This document shows positions 58,179 through 64,000 of a DNA stretch of 64,000 nucleotides, in pieces (position 1 is the stretch's first letter; every line of letters starts with the position of its first letter). Location: NCBI GenBank assembly GCA_965217775.1, contig CBDCJH010000002.1:2240001-2304000 (forward strand), read 5' to 3'. The notes beneath the pieces were generated by a model. It had not been told where the DNA came from, ran no database searches, and saw only the letters and a program-made list of their open reading frames with translations. The stretch is from Acidobacteriota bacterium (GTDB lineage: Bacteria; Acidobacteriota; UBA6911; RPQK01; JAJDTT01). The position numbers and the translations under genes were made by a program.

Positions 58179-61019
58179 CTACGGGGCCGGAGCGTTTTTC
58201 TCGGGGTTGAGGACACCCATAACGTAGCGCTCTGGATTCAGGTAATTCCGTAGCGTGTCCCGCATGCGGTCGGAGGTGACGCTCTCGACCAGGGGTTGGT
58301 AATCCAGGATGAGGCGGGGATCGGTGCCGTAGCGGTAGTGGCCGGCCAGCCGGTTCAACCAGAATCCGTTGCGTTTCAGCGACACTTCCCGGGATCGGAC
58401 CTGGCCTTCGCGGACCTTGACCAGGATCTCGTCGTCCACGCCGTGCTCGCGGATCTTCCCGAGCTCGTCGAGGGCGGCCTTCACCAGCTGATCCACGTTC
58501 TCGGGAGCGCAGCCGAAGGAGATGGTGAAGGTGTACGACTCGGTGGGCCGGCGGCGGAGTCGGCTCCTCACCCGGACGCCGTAGGTGCCTCCCATATCCT
58601 CTCGGAGCACCTCTCGCAGGCGGATGCTCAAGACCCGCGCCAGGGACGTCAGGTCGTGCTGGCTCTGGCGGCTCCAGCCGGCTTCGCCCAAATACTGGAT
58701 ATGAACCCGGCTCTTGGGCTCGAGCCCCTTCTTCACTTCGAAACGGACCACTTCCTGCGAGGATTGGACGCCCACGTCCCGCCATTCCTCCTCACGGCGA
58801 CTGGACGGCAGACCGCCTACGTAAGTGAGCAGAGGTCCCCGGAGAGCTTCCAGATCCAGGTTCCCCACCAGGACGAAGGTGAAATCGCTGGCGTCCTGAA
58901 ACCGCTCCCGATAGATCTCCAACGCCTTCTCCGGGTCCATCCGGCCCAGGCTCTCTTCGGTGGGGGGCCGGCGCCGGAGATGATTTTGGCTCAACACTTC
59001 CTGGAGCCGGTCGCCGAAAACGGCCTGGGGCATGACCAGGCGGTTGCGCACCGATTCCAGGGCGTTGGCCTTCCACGCGGCGATCGCATCCGGGTCCAGG
59101 CGGGGAGCGGTCAGGCGAAGATAGACCAGTTGGAGCATGGTCTCCAGGTCCTGGGGAGATGCCCGGCCACGCACCGTTTCCTCCAGCTCGAAGATGGAGG
59201 TGGAGACCCGGACCACCTTTCCGGCCAAGGCCTTTTCCAGCTCCACGGCGCTGAAGCCTCCCGCTCCGCCCGTCCCGACCACCGAGTCGGCATAAAGGGC
59301 CGACGGGTAGTCCTGATCGGAGGCCAGAGAGTGGCCTCCCGGGCTGAAGCCGGAGAGCAGGATCTCGTCGTTTTTGAAGTCGGTGGGCTTCAGGATCACC
59401 CGAACCCCGTTGGAGAGCTTCCAGACGGTGACCCCCAGCTCCGGGATCCCGGATTCCTCGGCGATACGGCCGGGCGGCGGCGGTTCGGGCACCAGAGGCC
59501 CGGCCTTGGCCCGGTCCTGATAGGCCTCGACCTTCCGGTCGCCGCGGTCCATCAGGGCCAGAAGCGCCTCCTGTTTGGGGACCTGCGTCCCCTCCAGGGC
59601 GGTGACGGTGACGACCCGGCTTCCCGGCCGGCCCCACTCACGAGCCACGGCATTCAGGTCATCGGCGTCGATGCCGGGAAGGAGCTCCTTCAGCAACTTC
59701 AGCTCAAAGTCGATCCCGGGCATTCCCTCGCCCACCAGGAAGTGGCGCAGGATCTCCGAGGTGTAGCGCCGCGACCGGACCTTGTCCTTCTCCCGGGCGC
59801 TGGTCTCGTAGCCGCGCAGCATCTCCTTCTTGACCCGATCCAGTTCCGAGGGCTGGAAACCATGGACGGTGGCCCGCTCCACCTCGGTCAGGAGGGTCTC
59901 CATGCTCTCGGCGATCTGGTCCTGCTTGGCCATGGCCGCCTGGACCAGGATGTCGGCGGACCGGACCATGGAACGAACGGTCTGAGACATGGAAAAGCGG
60001 AACGGGGCGGCGGCGGTGCGCCGTTTTTCCTCCAAGCGGGCATTGAGCATGGCGTGGAACAAGCGTTCGATCACCATCTGCCGGTAGGCGGCCCGGCTGT
60101 TCTGGGGCAGCGCGGGCAGCTTCTTGAGGAGAGAGACGGAGGTGCCGGGAACCTCGGGGTCGGTGACGATGGCGACCAGGGTCTCCTCATGGGGCGGAAC
60201 CGGATGCATGACCCGGGGACGCGGATTCTCCGGACCCTTGAGGTCGCTGAAACGCTCCCGAATCGCTTTTTCCACCCCTTGTCCGTCAAAGTCCCCCACC
60301 GCGATGACCGCCATCAGGTCGGGCCGGTACCAGTCTCGGTAGAAGCGCTTCAGGGCCTCGGGCTGGGCCGCCTTCAGGATCTCCTCGGTGCCGATGGGGA
60401 GCCGATTTGCATACCGGGACCCCTTGAAGATGACCGGAAACTGCTGGTCGCGGATCCGCGACTGGGCCCCCAGGCTGGCGCGCCTCTCCTCCAGGACCAC
60501 GCCCCGTTCCTTCTCCACCTCCTCCGGGTCCAGGACGATCCCCTGGGCCCATTCATGGAGAATCAGAAAGGCCTTCTCCATGTATTCGGGGTTGTCCGTG
60601 GGGACCTCCAGCATGTAGACCGTCTCGTCGAACGAGGTGTAGGCGTTGACGTCGGGGCCGAAACGCATCCCGATGGTCTCCAGGTAGTCGACGATCTCCT
60701 GCTTCTGGAACCGGCGCGTGCCGTTGAAGGCCATGTGCTCCAGGAAGTGGGCCAGACCCTGCTGATCGTCGTCTTCCTGCATGGAACCGGCGTTGACCCC
60801 CAGCCAGAGAGCCATCCGCTTCTCCGGTTGCCGGTGGACCCGGACGAAGTAGCTGAGACCGTTGTCCAGGCGCCCCTTGGTGACGGCCGGGTCCAGGGGC
60901 AGCGCATCGGAGGCCGGTGTTTGATGCGATTCCAGGGCCAGAACCGGTGCGGAGCCCAGGCCTCCCGCCAGCAGCCAGAACGCCAGGATCCAGACGATGC
61001 GCCGCGACCTGCAGATCAT
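58179..61019 (-). CDS. M16B zinc protease (PqqL-like)
   Basis: GLAHFLEHMAFNGT (HxxEH); NAYTSFDETVY; ERGVVLEE; RLPIG; LSNGVRV; LREDMGGTY. AGGAGGAG RBS. Confidence 0.92.
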   Translation of the reverse strand: MICRSRRIVWILAFWLLAGGLGSAPVLALESHQTPASDALPLDPAVTKGRLDNGLSYFVRVHRQPEKRMALWLGVNAGSMQEDDDQQGLAHFLEHMAFNGTRRFQKQEIVDYLETIGMRFGPDVNAYTSFDETVYMLEVPTDNPEYMEKAFLILHEWAQGIVLDPEEVEKERGVVLEERRASLGAQSRIRDQQFPVIFKGSRYANRLPIGTEEILKAAQPEALKRFYRDWYRPDLMAVIAVGDFDGQGVEKAIRERFSDLKGPENPRPRVMHPVPPHEETLVAIVTDPEVPGTSVSLLKKLPALPQNSRAAYRQMVIERLFHAMLNARLEEKRRTAAAPFRFSMSQTVRSMVRSADILVQAAMAKQDQIAESMETLLTEVERATVHGFQPSELDRVKKEMLRGYETSAREKDKVRSRRYTSEILRHFLVGEGMPGIDFELKLLKELLPGIDADDLNAVAREWGRPGSRVVTVTALEGTQVPKQEALLALMDRGDRKVEAYQDRAKAGPLVPEPPPPGRIAEESGIPELGVTVWKLSNGVRVILKPTDFKNDEILLSGFSPGGHSLASDQDYPSALYADSVVGTGGAGGFSAVELEKALAGKVVRVSTSIFELEETVRGRASPQDLETMLQLVYLRLTAPRLDPDAIAAWKANALESVRNRLVMPQAVFGDRLQEVLSQNHLRRRPPTEESLGRMDPEKALEIYRERFQDASDFTFVLVGNLDLEALRGPLLTYVGGLPSSRREEEWRDVGVQSSQEVVRFEVKKGLEPKSRVHIQYLGEAGWSRQSQHDLTSLARVLSIRLREVLREDMGGTYGVRVRSRLRRRPTESYTFTISFGCAPENVDQLVKAALDELGKIREHGVDDEILVKVREGQVRSREVSLKRNGFWLNRLAGHYRYGTDPRLILDYQPLVESVTSDRMRDTLRNYLNPERYVMGVLNPEKNAPAP

Positions 61020-61044
61020 GGAAATACTCCTCCTCGGCAACCTT

Positions 61045-62100
61045 TCAAACGCTCGTCGAGACGTAAAGCTCCAGATCGACACTCTCGGCGCCGATGCGGA
61101 ACCGGTCCGGGAAACGGGCGGTCCTCCGGAATCCCGCTTCACGGGCCAACTTCAACTTGGCGTCGTCGCAGGAGGCGAAGCGGGCCTCTACAGTCTGGAC
61201 GCCTCCTTCGCGGGCCTGGTTCAGAACGGCCGTCAGCAGTTCATGTCCCTGATCCAGGTACTCGGGCCGGATCAGGAAGTCGAGACGCCCCACGTGCGCC
61301 TGGAAGGGAGCAGGTTCGGGAAGCAGCGCGGCCAGCCCCACGATGCGCTCCCGGCTCGTCTCCAGCACCTGCACCGATCCCCCGGGCCGCTCCGCCCGGA
61401 GCATGAGCGCGGGGAAGATGGAAAAATACCGGAGTTTCTTCAGGGAGGGATGGATGATGAGGCCTTCCTGGTAGTCCTGGACCAGCCCGGGATGGGGAGC
61501 GGCGTACAGGGCCGCGACCCTTGAGGCGTCGCTCCAGACGGCAGGCCGGACATCGGCGGGTCCGGTTCGCGCAAACAGCCTCCGTTCGAATCCCTTCGCC
61601 TCGGTGCCGGGACTCAGGCGCCGCATCACGTGTCCGTTGTAATCCCGAAACCCGTATTTCTCGTAAACGTGATGGGCGATGGGATTCCCGGTCCCCAGCA
61701 GCATGCAGACTCCTCCCCGGTCCTGGAACCACTGGACCGCCAGCCGGGTCAGGTGCGAGCTGATTCCCTTCCCCCGTTGGGCCGGATCGGTGAAGACCCA
61801 GCCGAGGCTCCCCACCTCGGGGCAGTCCCGGGAGACCTGGCAGCCCACGTCCCCGGCGATCCTCCCGTCGAGGCGCCCCAGGAAGAGGGGGTCCAAGCCG
61901 GTTTCGGCGAACCGGCCCTGGAGGCACCGCTTCAGGTAGAGGGACTCGGCCACGGAGGCCCACGAGTCCAGGGTCTCGACCTGGATCACGAAGCGGGTGA
62001 TCTCCGCCGCCAGCGAGGCGGGAACCTGGGGTCCCGGCTCGAAGTACTCGATCGAGAGCGTCTCACCGCTCTTCAACTTGCAACTTGGGATGGTCTTCAC
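61045..62100 (-). CDS. Tandem GNAT-family N-acetyltransferase
   Basis: VFTDPAQRGKGIS; NPIAHHVYEKYGF; degenerate second GNAT domain (RPEYLDQG..EAGF). Start uncertain. Confidence 0.72.
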   Translation of the reverse strand: MKTIPSCKLKSGETLSIEYFEPGPQVPASLAAEITRFVIQVETLDSWASVAESLYLKRCLQGRFAETGLDPLFLGRLDGRIAGDVGCQVSRDCPEVGSLGWVFTDPAQRGKGISSHLTRLAVQWFQDRGGVCMLLGTGNPIAHHVYEKYGFRDYNGHVMRRLSPGTEAKGFERRLFARTGPADVRPAVWSDASRVAALYAAPHPGLVQDYQEGLIIHPSLKKLRYFSIFPALMLRAERPGGSVQVLETSRERIVGLAALLPEPAPFQAHVGRLDFLIRPEYLDQGHELLTAVLNQAREGGVQTVEARFASCDDAKLKLAREAGFRRTARFPDRFRIGAESVDLELYVSTSV

Positions 62101-62134
62101 GGTATCGGCTCGAACGGGCTCGACTCCGGGACCT

Positions 62135-63274
62135 TCAGCGCCGTTTCTTGGGTGGTAGCCACCGGACCACACCCATGTGGTAGCGGCGGTGGTCATGAAT
62201 TCCGTCGCTGTAGTACGCCGTCACCAACATTTCATCCGCCAACTGCACCGTGGCGGGATAACCGCCGTCGCCGGTTCCCTCCAGATGGAGCAGATGTTCG
62301 GGGGCACCCCAGGTCCTGCCGTCATCGGAGCTGACGCGGTAGCCGACTCCCTTGTGGCCTGCCTCCCGGATCCCGTAAGTCAGGATCACCCGCCCGTCGT
62401 AGAGCTGAAGCAGATGAGCCGGGTGGTGACGCGACGGCGTCAGCGTTCCTCCAGGCGCCCAGCTCCTGGCCTCGTCTTCCGAGCTGAACAGTTCCAGGTG
62501 ACCGTCTCCATGAGTCCGGATCGCCGCCAGCCAGCGGCCGCTCTGGAGTCGGATCAGGGCCGTTTCGTTGTAGTCGTCCTCGGCGATGACCGCGTTCTCC
62601 GTCCAGCTCCGCCCGTCGTCGCGGCTGAAGACCACGTAGGCGGTAGAACCGGCGGGCGGGATATGAGGCAGTCTCCAGGAGTAGCCGGGAGCGACCAGGA
62701 TGTTCCCTGGGGCCTGGACGATGTCTCCAAAGGGGATGAGATTTTGGACCCCTTCGGGCAGGGTAACGCCGGAACTCTGCTCCCAGGTCCGCCCGCCGTC
62801 GCTGGAACGGCACACCAGGGACGGCAGAATCCGCTCGCGGAAGCCGGCGCCCCCCCAGCCGGAAGCCAGCACCACCACCGACCCGTCGTGGGCCGCGCCG
62901 GCGGCCACGTTCATGCGGTTCGAGCCGTCCTCGTGGGGAGCCACGACACCTCCCCGTTCCCACATCCGGCCTCCGTCGGTGCTGACCCACGACTCCACGT
63001 CTCCCTCTCCCTTGCCGTGATGGGGTTGGTTGAAGATGGTGGCGGTCAGGGTGCCGTCCTTGAGCAGCGTCAGGTTGGGCCAGGCGCAGACGTTGTCCAC
63101 CGACACGTACCGCTCCAAAGGTTGGGCCGGCAGAAGCGTGAACATGCTACAGACCAGGATGCAGATGGGGAGAATTCGGCTCACGATGGACCTCGCTCGT
63201 GGTTGAATGCCCTCCGGCCTGAACCGGAGGCAAGCGTGAATGGAAAGGGAATTGGGAGCCGGACTCTCGCTCAT
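62135..63274 (-). CDS. Sialidase-like (BNR/Asp-box) protein
   Basis: Asp boxes STDGGRMW, SSDGGRTW, SRDDGRSW, SEDEARSW, SDDGRTW; GGYP. Confidence 0.82.
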   Translation of the reverse strand: MSESPAPNSLSIHACLRFRPEGIQPRARSIVSRILPICILVCSMFTLLPAQPLERYVSVDNVCAWPNLTLLKDGTLTATIFNQPHHGKGEGDVESWVSTDGGRMWERGGVVAPHEDGSNRMNVAAGAAHDGSVVVLASGWGGAGFRERILPSLVCRSSDGGRTWEQSSGVTLPEGVQNLIPFGDIVQAPGNILVAPGYSWRLPHIPPAGSTAYVVFSRDDGRSWTENAVIAEDDYNETALIRLQSGRWLAAIRTHGDGHLELFSSEDEARSWAPGGTLTPSRHHPAHLLQLYDGRVILTYGIREAGHKGVGYRVSSDDGRTWGAPEHLLHLEGTGDGGYPATVQLADEMLVTAYYSDGIHDHRRYHMGVVRWLPPKKRR

Positions 63275-64000
63275 TGGTAGGCGATGTTGCCGTCGGGCTC
63301 GATGACGAAGGGCCGATGCCATTTCTTGAGCGGATTGCCGGCAAAGGCCTTCTCGTTGAGTTCGACTCCCAGTCCCGGATCCTGGGGCAACTCCAGGTAG
63401 CCGCCCACCCGTTTCATGGGCTCCAGGACCAAGTTTCGCATGGGACCCCGGCTGTCGTCCCGGTATTCCAGAATGATGAAATTGGGCGTCGAAGCGGCAA
63501 AGTGGGTCGACACGGCCGTGGAGACGGGACCCAGCGGGCTGTGCGGAGCGATGGTCAGGTACTCGGCCTCGGCCATGGCGGCGATCTTCTTGGACTCCAT
63601 GAGCCCGCCGCACAGCAGCAGGTCCGGTTGCAGAATGTCGGCGGCTTCGGCCGCGATCACGTCCCGGAACTCGTACTTGGTATAGAGCATCTCCCCGGTG
63701 GCGATGGGAATGGGGATCTTCCGGTGCAGTCTCCCCATGGCCTCGATGTTCTCGGGCCGGAGCGGCTCTTCGAAGAACATGGGATGGTAGGGCTCGACCG
63801 CTTCGGCCATCTGCAGGGCCCGGACCGGCTCGAAGATCCGGGCATGGGGATCCAGCCCCACGTCCAGGTCGTCGCCTGCGGCCTTGCGAACCGCCTCCAG
63901 CCTCGCCGCCGTCCCCCGGAGCACCTGGTCCCAGGGGAGCTTCTCGGCGTGGGGTGGTTGCGGAGCCATCTTGACGGCGGTGAACCCCTGGTCCACGGCC
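63271..64000 (-). CDS. Mandelate racemase/galactonate dehydratase-like enolase-superfamily protein (5' partial)
   Basis: GFTAVK; LDPHAR; FFEEP; IATGE; DILQPD; APHSP; PGLGVE. Confidence 0.85.
   Translation of the reverse strand, partial: AVDQGFTAVKMAPQPPHAEKLPWDQVLRGTAARLEAVRKAAGDDLDVGLDPHARIFEPVRALQMAEAVEPYHPMFFEEPLRPENIEAMGRLHRKIPIPIATGEMLYTKYEFRDVIAAEAADILQPDLLLCGGLMESKKIAAMAEAEYLTIAPHSPLGPVSTAVSTHFAASTPNFIILEYRDDSRGPMRNLVLEPMKRVGGYLELPQDPGLGVELNEKAFAGNPLKKWHRPFVIEPDGNIAYQ

Noticed and set aside
58296-61406. Very long + strand ORF (1036 aa) and similar ORFs at 4490-7012, 16993-18945, 51669-54197 and 54275-56620
   Set aside because: Antisense shadows of well-supported genes; high GC at third positions removes stops on the opposite strand, and they contain no family motifs.

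Overview
High-GC bacterial chromosome segment. The gene content (DUF1501/DUF1549-1553 cluster, sulfatase, Tat-signal Gfo/Idh/MocA and DegT proteins, glnS) suggests an Acidobacteriota/PVC-like organism; this is inference only. It holds about 45 CDSs, mostly catabolic and transport genes, plus glnS and pyk. Accessory parts are an AAA-ATPase/DUF4276 pair (12.5-14.3 kb), a defence islet (SLATT-like pseudogene, mcrBC, vapBC, phage-type membrane protein; 23.7-29.4 kb) and a nested islet at 46.3-49.9 kb. Highlights read directly from the sequence: (1) a gene missing from the ORF track (<1..2265, minus) encodes a tandem-duplicated FBP aldolase/phosphatase whose two halves have lost complementary active-site motifs; (2) an IS110 element has a ~180-nt upstream noncoding region that folds like a bridge RNA and carries guides matching its own junctions, and it is inserted at the inner edge of a MITE inverted repeat; (3) that islet is bracketed by a diverged duplicate of the 3' end of an M20 peptidase gene; (4) there is an uncharacterised HAD / DHS-like / HldE-type kinase / epimerase-like / nucleoside-permease operon. 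No rRNA, tRNA or CRISPR array was recognised. All family calls come from motif recognition by eye, not database searches.
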